Part shown: one piece after another, positions 40,805 to 53,959 of the stretch
Numbering within the stretch: the stretch's first letter is position 1
How the letters are laid out: the number at the start of each line of letters is the position of its first letter
Assembly (NCBI GenBank): GCA_951406725.2
Contig: OX597815.1
Span: forward strand, 39,556,001 to 39,620,000
Origin: Octopus vulgaris
Taxonomy: Eukaryota
DNA: 64,000 bases
Reading direction: 5' to 3'
Program-made: the position numbers and the translations under genes
The notes under the pieces: generated by a model
The model's database searches: none
Told to the model about the DNA's origin: nothing
The model's input: the letters and a program-made list of their open reading frames with translations, nothing else

Positions 40805-41520
40805 ATTACCAAAAGTCCCTGGCCTGGCAATGTTACAGAGGACCTTTACCGGTTCGAGATAAGCTCTTTAGACATGGGTGTGCACCTTCACCGGTTTCTG
40901 CAAGATGCGAGAGGGACAGTGAAACTGTCCTGCACGCGATTGTGCAATGCCCCAAGGTGACTGAGCTCTGGGCTTATGTCGAACACCCGCTGTCGCATTC
41001 GAGAAGAGTACAACTGTCAAGCGAATCTGTAATTAAGATCGTTCCGCCGACCTTTCTGAATAGGGAGGAGCGAGCCTGTTTTCTCTCGGTAGTTACTGTT
41101 GCGAAAGAAGTAGTATGGAAGACGAGAGGGAAAGGAATAGCAACAGACATGTTCATCTCCAGTCTCGAGCTAATCGACTTTTTCGTTTTCCACATGAAAC
41201 GGAAAATAAGGCTGGAGAAGAAATGCCTGTCGCAAAGTGTGTTTCGTAAAAGATGGAAGTATATAGCAAGTATGTTGCGAGTGAAAGAACCTGTTTAATC
41301 GAGAATGTAAAAAAGGAGAAAGCAGTCTTCAGTGTGAGTATGTAGTTTGTGGGGTCAACCGCGTCCTCCGCTTCATTTTTTGTTAATCACTCATTCTCAT
41401 TTAATTGTATATATTTTAATTGTTTGTTTCGTCTCATTCGATACCCTGACCCCAACGTTTGTTTTGTCTGTCCCCATATTGTCCCCTCTTTTTCTCAACC
41501 TTATGGTGAATAAAGAAATT
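40805..41520 (+). mobile_element. 5'-truncated L1/Tx1 LINE (zf-RVT zinc knuckle and 3' UTR)
   Basis: QKSLAWQCYRGPLPVRDKLFRHG...RC...ETVLHAIVQCPKVTELWAY...RKRW; aataaa then (CT)n. Confidence 0.88.
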
Positions 41521-42529
41521 CTCTCTCTCTCTCTCTCCCTCTCCATACACACAACATGCTTTCACACCTTATCTTGCATCAAACAGAACACGCTCTTGCA
41601 GATTGTCTCTTTTAGCAGTTAAACATTCTTTTAACTGTAAAACACCTTTCTGTCCAAACCACTTCTGTTGTTTAACTATGTGGTCCCTATTACAAACACT
41701 ACTTTTACGAAATTCTTCCTTGTTCTCGATAAAAGACCACTGTCCGAACCGCTGAAGTTTCAATTCGACTACTTGTACTGTTTTTTCGTTTTGTTTCTGA
41801 AACTTTGAGGGTTATTTCATTATTATACACTGACGAAAGATCCTCCCCGTCCCACTAAATAAGACGTTTAATTCAATACCGCCGTTTCTCGATAAATCAT
41901 AGGTTTTCGTGTAAAAAATAATTGTTCTCTGCTGTGAACCCTGATCGAATCGTTCCAGCCTTGACTATCCCGTCTGTTTTTCATGTGTAAAGCATTCATC
42001 TTCTTAACGTGTGCCTCTTTTGTTCAAGACGATAAGATGTCATTAGAGAGATATTTAGTTGCTATGTGGAAGATCTTTAGTTCGGTTATTTTACGCTAAC
42101 TTAACTATAGGTCTGCTCAAGCAAAGTTAACCAAAGCTACTCCATAACCATGCCAACTAAACAGTAGCCGCAACACCAGCTATTACAACACCTTCCGAAC
42201 CACTATGCGGTTGTTCGACTTGCAAGAAAAGGCAGTCAAATCTTTCTCAAATTACAATAAAACTTACTTTAAAAGCAAACAAAAAAAAGTGCGTTGGATA
42301 GTGTACTCTGGTGTCAACAAGTTAATTAAAACTGTTAGATAGTTAGATGAATTCTGTTATTGTTGTTTTTTGGAAATATTTATTCATTTAATTTTTTACT
42401 AGTGGTTGTCACTAGGCTTCCACCATGTTAATGTATCAATTTCAAAGGCTTTAATCGATCCTATCGCCACCAGTATTGTTTCAATTGGGTATTAATATAA
42501 TCAATAAATGGAATAAAATATATATCTCA

Positions 42530-42575
42530 ATAAATCCTAGCAAAATCTTCTGTTGAAGATTTTGCTAGGATTTAT
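42530..42575. repeat. Perfect hairpin, 21-bp arms with a 4-nt loop
   Basis: ataaatcctagcaaaatcttc-tgtt-gaagattttgctaggatttat. Confidence 0.95.
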
Positions 42576-42629
42576 GCCTACCATACTTTAACATCTCATC
42601 ATTTGGCATACAGTCCCCACCCATTCAGT

Positions 42630-42825
42630 TAAGGGGTCTTGTCTTGTGAGTTACTTAGTGACCCCACTGCCACTGGTACCACATAAAAAGCACCCGCTAC
42701 ACTCTGTAAAGTGGTTGGTATTAGGAAGGGCATCCAAAAGTCCCTCTGGCTCGCCAGTCCCTGTTGAACCGTCAAAACCATAACATGGAAAACGGGCGTG
42801 TGATAATGCTGCTGCTGATGAGGAT
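42630..42825 (+). mobile_element. Retroposon family E fragment
   Basis: ggttggtattaggaagggcatcc...catggaaaacgggcg...tgataatg, similar to 52728-52926. Confidence 0.65.
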
Positions 42826-44387
42826 GTTTTTGATCCAATGCTAAACCTGATATAAATCGGAATTTTTGCCGCCATCTTAATTAAAATAGATTTCTGAAAA
42901 TTTAATGGAATAAACGAAACTAAAGAAAAAACGGTTTTAATAAAATAAGCTTAGCCTAAAACATGTATGATTTGCAAATACTTTTTGTCTATTTTGCTTT
43001 TACTAATATGGTATTTTGAACAGTATGGTCCTTTTTTTTACATTCTAAAGTCTCATTCAGTACTTTGTAACCACATTCTATCTTTATTAGAAAAAAAACC
43101 TTTCATTACCTAAAATAATTGTCGTAGTACTATTTATTTGGAACGTTTATATTTTCAGCAAGAGCGAGATGAACTCTTTCCGTTCAGGTTATTTCGTTTT
43201 AACCCCTTTCTTGCACTATTCACAAAACTTCAACTATTTCCAGCATTTCTAACCGAAAGATAGCTGTGACAGCTGACATTAACTTTCAAGTAAAATTCTC
43301 ATTCATCAAATAGACCTCCAACAACTTCTCCCCACTCGTCATCAGCTGTTACTGAACATTCTTGTCTCTAGTCATGCGTGTTTCCACTTACTCGAGTGAT
43401 TTATCTGCCTACCTCATTAAATCCGGCGTTTCTGTCTTCATCGCCAACACACCCAAGACTAAACTTTTCCTTTCTCTGAAACTAATTTCAAACTAGACGA
43501 CCGTAACCCACACCACAATTTCCCTCATGGTTTATTTATTTTACTCCTTAAAAGTATATATTCACTGAAATTTTTCTGCTTACTTCTTCACTGTGAAATG
43601 ATTCCAGAATATTTCTCCTGTAACTTATCCACTTGTGGTTGTATTACGTTGAATTTGCTCATTCACTTTACTTTCTTTTACCCTCCGAATACCGGTTAAA
43701 GTTATTCTACTACTAAGTCACATAGGCTGGATTTACATGTCAAAGCTGTACCTCATTTATTTCATATCTCGCTGGAGTTCATGTTTCGGTCTTGGTTTCC
43801 TAGGTCAAGAATAATGGGGCAGAAGGAAACATTCTAACCGCAATTAATTCACAAAATATTAACTGAAGTCACATTAGCAAAATTAAATGAAAAAATAATT
43901 AACAATGAATGTCTAAATACGCTAAACTCCACAACAACAATTTATTTCTATGTTAAAGTGACCTCCCGTTAAACTCCAATAAGAAATATGATACCCAGTC
44001 CTTCACGCATTATTAATCCAACATTGGTAACGTAAAACTTCGAGCTACCTGGTAACTACCAGTTAGTCCTATGTTTCATTTCCAAGTCAGTTCTTTTTTG
44101 TTCTACTTTACTGTCTGCTAATTCGGACTGACTCAACGTCAAGGGTGCACGACTTTCAGTTCAATTCTCGCGTCTTTATCCACTTGTTTATTGTATTTCG
44201 GACACATTTTCTATGGAAGGAGTTAATAATGGCTCTTATGAATTTTACCCTTGATTCGAACTAAGACTCTTTTTAAATTAACGATAGGAACTTCTTATCC
44301 ACTAACTCACCAATTCTGTAATTTGAGTATTCAAATTAACGATTTAACAACAGTAGAGCAACCTACTTGAACTGAGAATTGATATAT

Positions 44388-44802
44388 ATTTCTTTACTAC
44401 CCACAAGGGGCTAAACATAGAGGGAGCAAACAAGGACAGACAAACGGATTAAGTCGATTACATTGACCCCAGTGCGAAACTGGTACTTTATTTATCGACC
44501 CCGAGAGGATGAAAGGCAAAGTCGACCTCGGCGGAATTTGAACTCAGAACGTAACGACAGACGAAATACCTATTTCTTTATTACCCACAAGAGGCTAAAC
44601 ACAGAGGGGACAAACAAAGACAGACATGGGTATTAAGTCGATTACATCGACCCCAGTACGTAACTGGTACTTAATTTATCGACCCCGAAAGGATGAAAGG
44701 CAAAGTCGACCTCGGCGGAATTTGAACTCACAACGTAACGACGGACGAAATACCGCTAAGTATTTCGCCCGGCGCGATAACGTTTCTGCCAGCTCGCCGC
44801 CT
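44388..44802 (-). mobile_element. Dimeric SINE family A flanked by a 15-bp TSD
   Basis: tgagaattgatatat at 44373-44387 and 44809-44823; same internal junction as the other two dimers. Confidence 0.9.
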
Positions 44803-45576
44803 CTGAAATGAGAATTGATATATTTAATGATATATAATAAGTTCAGGTATGTGATTAAAAATTCACTTTGCAACCACGTGGTTTCGGGTTCTGTCCCACT
44901 GTTAGGCGCTTTGTAGTTTTTTTCTTCTTCTTCTTTTACTTTAACCCCGAGCAGTCTAAGGTTTTGTGAGTGAATTTGATAGACAGAAGCTACAGAAGCC
45001 CGTCACATGCATTGTCGAGCAGAACTGTGATTAAAGATATTTCATTCTGTTTAGACATAGTTTTTATTTCAGATCACATTAATTAATATATCCTTCCTTT
45101 TTAAAGATGATAGGGTTTGCTGAGAAATATTCTGTTATTTCTGAAAAGTTGAGAGACCACGTAAAAGCATATTAGCTCGCGTTCTGTGTCAGTACAAGTT
45201 TCCAGAAAAAGATAATATGATTCAATATTTCTTCATTATTTAGTATTTCAGCATACTCAAACAATTTACAGAGGGTAGAAAATACGTTGTTCTGATCAGC
45301 AGCCTAAATAAACATAACTGGCTTCAACCAGCATCCTGATTCACCGAAAACTTGCATAATAATATACAAGAATTACATTTTTCCCCAGTATTTTCATTAA
45401 TTTTGTGTTTGGAGTCGTAGTTTAAGACGAGTTCGACAATCCAATAATGTTCAGTGGTTGGTACTCTTATTACAGCTACTATTTCACCTCCCCTCATGCC
45501 TTATTTATTATATTTATATTTATTATTATTATATTTACTATTATTATTATTATTATTATTATTAATAATATTAATA

Positions 45577-45790
45577 AGGCGGCGAACTGGCAGAATGATT
45601 AGCACGCTGAGCGAAATACTTAACAGCATTTCGTCCGTCTTTGCGTTCTATGTTCAAATTCCGCCAAGGTCGGCTTTGCCTTTCATCCTTTCGGGGTCGA
45701 CAAGTTAAATACCAGTTGAACACAGGGGGTAATCGACTCATCCCCTCTCCCAAAATTGTTGCCCTTGTGGCAAAATTTGAAACCATTACT
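45577..45790 (+). mobile_element. SINE family A following a (TTA)n tract
   Basis: aggcggcgaactggcagaa...core...aaatttgaaacc. Confidence 0.85.
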
Positions 45791-46069
45791 AATTTTTCTT
45801 TGTTTATGCAAAACGAAATTGCTATTTTTATCGTTTCTCTGTAATAAAACAGAAAAATAATTTCAGCTTCAACTTAATTGAACTCGTTTAGTTTCGTCCT
45901 CGTAGACACCGATCACTTGCAAATGTCATTGAATTTTGGTTGAAAAAAGAAGAAAAACAATGCTATTCTTATTCTGCGATCCTCACTTGAGACTGGAAAG
46001 ACATTTGCCAGGAATATGGTTCAAGAAAGCGCAAATATCTTGTCGATAATATGACAATCCGATAATGAA

Positions 46070-46445
46070 CGTTGCCTGTATAGGCAAAAAGGCTGAAATT
46101 TGGGAGTATGGAGCTTGTTGGCTCCAATGTTCACCTCGGACGTATATATTCGACCCCAGCGGCATTTGGACTTAGAATGTAAAGCCGGAAGAAATGCCGC
46201 GAAGCATTTTTCCGGCCTGCGAACGATTTTTATTTCTTTATTGCCCACAAGGGGATAAACATAGAGGGGACAAACAAGGACAGACGAACGGATTAAGTCG
46301 ATTACATCGACCCCAGAGCGTAACTGGTACTTAATTTTTCGACCCCGAATGGATGAATGGCAAAGTCGACCTCGACGGAATTTGAACTCAGAGCGTAACG
46401 GCAGACGAAATACGGCGTGCTAACGCTTTTGCCAGCTCGCCGCCT
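46070..46445 (-). mobile_element. Two adjacent family A SINEs
   Basis: A decayed copy at about 46070-46225 and a younger copy at about 46230-46445. Confidence 0.75.
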
Positions 46446-46864
46446 TAGAAACAGGCACAATATTAAATCTGAAAATAATAACCTTTGCAGAATGTCTGGC
46501 TTTATTTTGTTTGTTTTTAGAGTCGCTAGAATGTTTAACTGTTTTTGTGTCAACACTGTACTCTAAGTTCAAATCCTGCTGAGGTAAACTTAGCCTTTCG
46601 CCATTTTGGAGTCGGTAAAAACTATTAATGAAGGGCAGGGGATTGACAGAACAGTTAGAAGCTGTTTGCTTTCTAACAACAATTCTTCTGATGACACTGG
46701 TATGAAGCTGTATCCACCCAAGTTGGGGAACTTTCTTTTGGATAGACATTGATGTCATGGAGAGAGAATACTTGTATGCATGGACACCTGCCATTTTTCC
46801 TCAAAAGGAATCTTGCTCCAGGCTTGCACACACATGGTAGTCGTGAACGACTGAACCCTTATAC

Positions 46865-47160
46865 ATATGGCCTAGCGGTTAGGGTGTTGCACTCCTGATC
46901 GCGAGATCGTAGTTTCAGTTCCTGGACTGCGTGATGTGTTGCGCTCCTGAATAAAAAACTTCATCTCACGTTGCTTTGCGATCACTTCAACACCTGACGT
47001 GTGGTACACAGTGTACCTGTTCAGGCAACGTTGATTTGATAGAGGGTGTGAGCTAATGCACGGCTCACACCTTTTATCACTATAAACAAATTATTTGTAC
47101 AGGTTCTTCAGCATGAAATAGCAGAACCGTCTTTTTCGGACTGCAAGAGACTACCATTCC
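46865..47160 (+). mobile_element. Another tRNA-headed SINE (distinct body)
   Basis: tggcctagcggttaggg (A box)...gtttcagttcc (degenerate B box). Confidence 0.55.
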
Positions 47161-47374
47161 TTCAGTGTCCTACTTTGTTATAACCAGAAATGGCTCTGAC
47201 GAAAGTAACATGAATTTTTTTTAGGTCGTTCAATTTTTCTCAGCTGATCAATTGAGTAAACATCTCAGAAGCGTACCTATAATGACAACTGAAAAGAGTT
47301 GTAAGCCAAATTTACTCTAATAGGAATAATATGTAATGACCATTATTTATACCTTGTCTTATATATATATAAAT

Positions 47375-47418
<44 letters not shown>

Positions 47419-47730
47419 GTTGTTATTTTCCTGTTGTTTGTATTTGTAATTGTATACCATGTTCTCCGTTTTTTGTCTTTGTTGCCGTACACATTCGCTA
47501 GCTTTCTTTAAAAAAATCTAATGCTCTTGAAGGCAACCAGATCGAACTGTCTCGAGTGTAGCTGCCTGAAACAGTAAGGACTTCTGGTAACTTGACTGAG
47601 CAAAGAAGGTCACGAATGATCCATCTTTTTTTCCTGTCCTTCTAATTGTTGTTTCTCCTGTCCGCCTTTGTATCGTCTATCTATCCGAATGTTTTATTGT
47701 CCACTATCGCGTTTTTGTTTTATATATATA

Positions 47731-47975
47731 TATCATCATCATTTAACGTCCGTTTTCCGTGCTAGCACGGGTTGGACGGTTCGACCGGGGTCTGGGAAGC
47801 CAGGAGGCTGTATCAGATTCAAGTCTGATCTGGTAGTGTCTCTACAGCTGGATGCCCTTCCTAACGCCAACCACTCAGTGAGTGTAGTGGGTGCTTTTTA
47901 CGTGCTACCGGCACAGGTGCCAGGGGAGGATGGCAGCGGCCACGATCGGTTGGTGTTTTTTACGTGCCACCGGCA
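47731..47975 (-). mobile_element. Retroposon family E
   Basis: catcatcatttaacgtccgttttcc...ggatgcccttcctaacgccaacc. Confidence 0.8.
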
Positions 47976-50121
47976 CACACACACACACACACATATATAT
48001 AGTTTTATGTCTATCGACTTGATAATGACTAATCATGTCATCCGAATAATTTGATTGTGTGTTCTGATAATTAAGTAATCTTCTAATAATTAATCAACGA
48101 GTGGTGTGTTGGCAGTTGATAAAAGTGTCAGCTTCACTACCGCTTATTGAACTTTCCCTTGCCTCTTTGCAAAGCAGCAACACTACTGTACACCTTGCAG
48201 AATTCATTGCATCCGACCCATGGTGCCACGAAATCTGGTAAATGATTTTTAAGATTTAGAATGTCTTTTCACTTGTTTGTTAATATCTCTAAGGTGTGAA
48301 GTGTGAAAACAGTTCAAGTGTTTGGCGTGACGTTAGTAATGCAGTTCACGTTCCATTAACGTGGAGTGGAGAATTTGCAGATACAATTTCTCTAAACTTT
48401 AGGGTTTTCTGTTGTAGACAGTGCCATGTAATCTACGCGCCCTTTCTATTTTGCTATACACCTTAAAATTTACTTTCTGTGACCATGTACTGCGATGCAT
48501 ACTTTGGTTGTATACTATAATTCAGTATTCCAGTTTTTTTATTGACATATGTTTTTTGGGGTAGAGTGGGATCCATTTGCTTGTTTGCATCACATATTCC
48601 GTCAAACTAGTCCTTCTGCGTATGTAGAAGATTAGCGTTTTGAAAGTTGATATCCTTATTATATTATTATATCAAGCTCACCCAGAGGAGTGGATTCCAT
48701 GTGTTCTCTCATGATGCTAGAAAAAGACTGTCGGTAGGTAGCTTTCTTCATTTTGGAAATGTTAAGTATAAGATCACGATGACGGGGATCTGTCTAGCAG
48801 ATAGCACTGTACAAAGGGCTTAATCAACTTTAGTCGGGAACGCAGGTACTTCAATTGAGAGTTAAAACTGCGTTTATGATAAGTAACACAAGTCTGAAGC
48901 AGTAGAATATTTGACTAGTGTATTTTCCAGTAAACCCCATCACAAAAAGTTGTTGTTAAGAGAACTTCACTTTCAATAAAATCACCGAAAACAATGTTTG
49001 CCTGTGAGACAGAGGAAAATGACACAGCAAGGTTCCTCACAGAATTTGACATATATTTAATCGTAAATGGCTACGGCTAGAGTTCAAATAATGTTGGTGG
49101 CAAATCGCCACCTTTCAAATGATAAGGGGAAATTTATGGCCCTTTAAAAGCCTAATTAGCTCGGCATCAAAAGCCACTCTCACTGTAACGTCAACAGCAG
49201 CCTCATGTTTTTCGTCAGTCTTCACCAGTATCTTGAAATCGCAAGTCACTGAGAACAGTTTATATAAATTGAGAAGTAATTGAGCGGCATAGCTACCTTT
49301 CTTACAGGCAATTTAATTCATTCAGGAAAGTTCGTGCATTCCACTAGGCTAATGTTAGAAATTTAATATTCTTCATGAAGATTTCTTGTTCCGTCAGTAT
49401 GACTGTATGATTGACCAGTCACCTGCGATTGATAACAAATTTAATAGGTGAATGAAATGTTTAGAATACTTTTTGTTGTCACTCCCTAGCTAAAAAAAAG
49501 GAATTCGGTACTTTAGGTAAATAAGTTTGTTTCGTTGTCACCAGAGAGCACATGGCATTCTAGCATTTACATCTCTTTCACGAGGTAGCATTCCCTAAGT
49601 AACAACCTTAAAGATATATTCAAACAGGAGACAACCAGCAACACATCAAGTTGTCTTCATCGTTAATTAATTTACCCATAATGTTTAGTGACCTGTGAGT
49701 GTAATAATTCTAGGTTAATCCTGTCTGAATAGATTGTGACCAATGACATTCAGGTTATGACCATTCCGTCCTTGATCGGGCTTTGCATATCCAGGACTAC
49801 AATCATTTAATCCATCTCTTTTTCAAAATGGTATGATATAAACTAAGGAGAATTTGGCTGCTGTTATTGCAAACTTGAACGAGTCAAGGTGGGGAACCTT
49901 TACAAGACCGTTCACCCTTTTAGAAATCTCTCCTAAATCGCACTCTATCAGCTTAAAAAATGGAAAGACACATTGGATAATGTCGTCCTGGTTATTCTAT
50001 AACACAGTTATTATCAAAATGACAAAGCTAAATAAAAAGAAAAAAGACAGTTGAAACTTCTGCTCGATCAGGGACTTCTCATTGCCAAACAACTTGAAAT
50101 TTAAACAGAAATAAAGATATT

Positions 50122-50601
50122 CTTCTCCTTCTTCTTCTTCTTCCAGTCAGGACTCACGCCATTGGCCACAAAGAGTAATCTCTAATTCGAGCCTACTCTA
50201 AGCTACGAAGAATGCGTGTGGCAACTTGAAGATCCACCCACCACACGCGATAGACTGACGGTTGCACGGACACGAAAGCTACGTTGTTATCCTCATTCCG
50301 TAAACGGTGGCTTTTAACGGGTGGAGAGCTGAACCATCCTGGGGTACAGAGGATTCGCAATCTAGACTAGGGCCTGAAAGTTTTACCACACCATAGTGGG
50401 TTACACCATAGTTCCTCTGCTTTGTAGCAGAAGTAGGAAGAAAGAGTGAGAGAAAGCTGTGGTGAAAGAGTACAGCGGGGTTCACCACCACCACCCGCCG
50501 GACCCTCGTGGCGCTTAGGTGTTTTTGCTCAATAAACACTCGAAACCGCGTTCTTAAGACCGCGAGTCCGCTGCCCTAACCACTGGACCATTGCGCCTCC
50601 A
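50122..50601 (-). mobile_element. SINE family C head with tail type 3 ending in (GAA)n
   Basis: Head at 50420-50601 matches the 50811 copy; unrelated 3' part at 50140-50420; (TTC)n on the + strand. Confidence 0.7.
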
Positions 50602-50810
50602 CTCTGGTAATTCTTGGAGTCAAGGCACGAGATTTTCCATTTTAATCGATAAAAGCTGCTGATCACAGTAATTAATCGAAAATGATTGCTGATAATTAAT
50701 ATACGGAAGCTTAATTTATCGGCCGCAATAAGCAATTCAACATTCCAGCACAGTACCTGTTGTAATCAACTATATTTTAAGGACTCTTTCAGTCAATATT
50801 TGTAGTATGT

Positions 50811-51185
50811 GGAGGCGCAATGGCCCAGTGGTTAGGGCAGCGGACTCGCGGTCATAGGATCGCGGTTTCGATTCCCAGACCGGGCGTTGTGAGTGTTTAT
50901 TGAGCGAAAACACCTAAAGCTCCACGAGGCTCCGGCAGGGGATGGTGGTGATCCCTGCTGTACTCTTTCACCACAACTTTCTCTCACTCTTACTTCCTGT
51001 TTCTGTTGTACCTGTATTTCAAAGGGTACAACAGGGTCACGCTGAATATCCCCGAGAACTACGTTAAGGGTACACGTGTCTGTGGAGTGCTCAGCCACTT
51101 ACACGTTAATTTCACGAGCAGGCTGTTCCGTTGATTCGGATCAACCGGAACCCTCGTCGTCGTAACCGACGGAGTGCTTCCATCC
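50811..51185 (+). mobile_element. SINE family C, full length, tail type 2, 11-bp TSD
   Basis: A and B boxes intact; TSD atttgtagtat at 50798-50808 and 51186-51196. Confidence 0.92.
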
Positions 51186-52362
51186 ATTTGTAGTATATGG
51201 GGCCTCAGTTACCGAAAGACGGTTTCCATGATTACTAAAAACAAAAAAGAAAAAAGAAAAAAAGCTTGCGTGTTTTACCGGTGGATAGTCTGTTAAAACA
51301 TTTTTTTTTGCGAAAGCCAAGCACGTGTCTGTAATAAATTTTGTACTACATTTTTTAAAACAAGTTTTCTCGTTTATCAGGTCACTCTGTTAGAAGTTTT
51401 ATACTAAGTAGCAATTTTAGACGAACATATTATTTACTTATTTATTTGTTTTATGAAACAGCATATTCTCTTGAACAGAACTACCACATTAATATACTAA
51501 CTGCGGTTTGCTCGGCAAACTTGATATTTCTGTCATAGCATGACTTACTTTCAAGCGTACAGAAGGAAAAAGAATAGAAAAATCAATTTGAAGAGGCACC
51601 TGTGTAAAAGAAAACATTGAAGTTGATACTGTACATTAAGTTTGTCAATAAGAAAATTGACAAATGTGAAACTTCAAGCCAGAGGTGCGAGAAGTAATGT
51701 GATGAGAATTTATCACATCAAATGATTTCAAACGGAAGGAATGTGTATATGTGCGTGCGGGCGGGAGTGTTACAAATATATAAGGTGAGATCGCACATAT
51801 TTTCTCGTTATATCGTATAACAAAAGTTAACTCTGTTTTATTCTTTCACCAGTCTATATATAAACTGGATGTTGTGAGCCAAAACAATTCATAATTTATG
51901 AGAACACTTGTTGAATGCTTTGGTTAAAAAAAAACAAAAAAAAAAAACACTACGCTAAAGGCTAATTATGATGTACCCTCTCGTAACACTAAACGTGTGT
52001 GTGTGTGTGTGTGTGCGCGCACAAGCGTGCTTACCATACGTCCCTGTGTCTCGTCCAGTTAATAAATTTTTCCCATTTGACATTGAAATTTCTCAGAATG
52101 TCTCAGTTGTTCATGAAGACTTGAGTTCTAGGAAGGAAAAGCTAAAAATGCTGAAATCAGCAAGGAGCCCTAACGCTGTCGTACCCGAGTCAGATACAAA
52201 CATACTCATATCATACATAGCTCAGTTTTAGCCTAGCGCTAGCAGAGATCCATAGAGTGTGTGACGTATCAAAATCGTAATAGCACAATATCAAAGATGC
52301 TCCAGTTAAAGCCTTAGAAATCATGGTAAGCTAACACACACACACACACACACACGCACACA

Positions 52363-52396
<34 letters not shown>

Positions 52397-52727
52397 TGCA
52401 CACACATAACAAAGAGAAAGATAAGTTGAGAAAGAAAGAGAAATGTAAATTAATGGAAACAGAATGTGTAACAAAAAGCAAAAATGTTTTTATTCGCATT
52501 CTCCTCTGATCATTGATCAAGTAGCTGTGATGATTCTGTTGACTAACTGCGAATGTACGGATGATATGAGGCTTCATAATTGACATCAAAAGCAATTCAG
52601 CAAAACGTACGATTCAGACATATCATCTTTATCACTACCATTATCATGATCATCATGATCATCGTCGTCATCACAATCATGATGATGATGATCATCATCA
52701 CCATCATCAAAGTTTTTACATCCCTCC

Positions 52728-52926
52728 CCTGGCACCTGTGCCGGTGGCACGTAAAAAACACCCACAACACTCACGGAGTGGTTGGCGTTAGGAAGGGCAT
52801 CCAGCTGTAGCAACATTGCCAGATCAGACTGGGCCTGGTGCAGCCTCCTGGCTTCCCAGATCCCGGTCGAACCGTCCAACCCATGCTAGCATGGAAAACG
52901 GACGTTAAACGATGATGATGATGATG
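52728..52926 (+). mobile_element. Retroposon family E with (GAT)n tail
   Basis: ggttggcgttaggaagggcatcc...ggacgttaaacgatgatgatg. Confidence 0.82.
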
Positions 52927-53086
52927 AAGATTTTCTCAAACTGGCATGGGTCAAGTGAAAGTTCTTGTCACCAAAATTCAAATGTTTTCCACTTATGGTA
53001 TTTTTCATTGCACCACTTGTTGTCGAGCTCCAGAGCATTTGTTTATGAGAGAACTAGATGTCACCAACTTTTACTCAGTGTTATAT

Positions 53087-53149
<63 letters not shown>

Positions 53150-53236
53150 TGCATGCACACACACACATAATGCATGCATACATACATACATACATACATA
53201 CATACATACATACATACATACATACATACATACATA

Positions 53237-53750
53237 GGATAACAAAAAAGAAAACACCCACAAACGAAGTTGACTCTGAGAGTGATGAGTCAAAAGAATT
53301 CTAGTGGAACTTAAAAGTTAAAACAGCCACAAAGTTAGAACACAACTAGTCAGATATCGTTGTGTGAGACCACAAGGGAAAGATATGTTCTGTTGCAGAA
53401 ATCAGCTGCCCTCTGCACACAAATGTGGTTAGAAAAATACAAGAGAAAGAGGACATCTATGGACCATTGATAATGAGTTTGCAAATCCTGTACCCAAGAT
53501 ACATTTTCAGCTTCATATCTGTTATTATTGGAGCAACAGGTTGCAGACCAACCTGTCTGGAGCAAAGTTTGGCTGAACTTACTATATCCTTAATTCATAC
53601 ACAACAGATGATCACAATATTGAGGACTATAAAATCTGCAAGACTTTAAGATTGAAAGGATGATGATTAAAACAAGAAGCTTTTCTTCATGACCTAGCTA
53701 CTAAGTAGGTGCCAAGTGAAAGTTTATTCTAAATTAAAAAGAGAAAGAGA
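53237..53750 (+). mobile_element. 3' fragment of an RLE-type (R4/Dong-like) non-LTR retrotransposon
   Basis: WNLKVKTATKLEHN*SDIVV*D..KIC..AEISCPLHTNV..KIQEKEDIY..L..VIIGATG, a decayed HNRPD..E...K..Y restriction-like endonuclease signature. Confidence 0.8.
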
Positions 53751-53959
53751 ATACATACATATATACAAACATGTGTACACATTGAGTATACTCTTGGGTT
53801 ATTAATCACTTGTGATATTTTTAAGTCAACTACATAGCTAGTATGTGACTGTTCCAAAGAGTCACCAACAACAGCAATAGCCCCAAAACGATACCCTGTG
53901 GGATTCCACTCTCTATTATTGTTTCCTAGGGGATAAGTCTCATTACCACCTACTGCCTT

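Noticed and set aside
41827-41850. CTGACGA downstream of the Penelope element as a possible hammerhead
   Set aside because: No stem II followed by GAAA...GUH
50811-50885. tRNA-like sequence with A and B boxes
   Set aside because: Continues into a SINE body with a TSD; no convincing cloverleaf or Pol III terminator
51755-51870. GC box plus TATA-like motifs
   Set aside because: TATA-like words are ubiquitous in this AT-rich DNA and no downstream exon is supported
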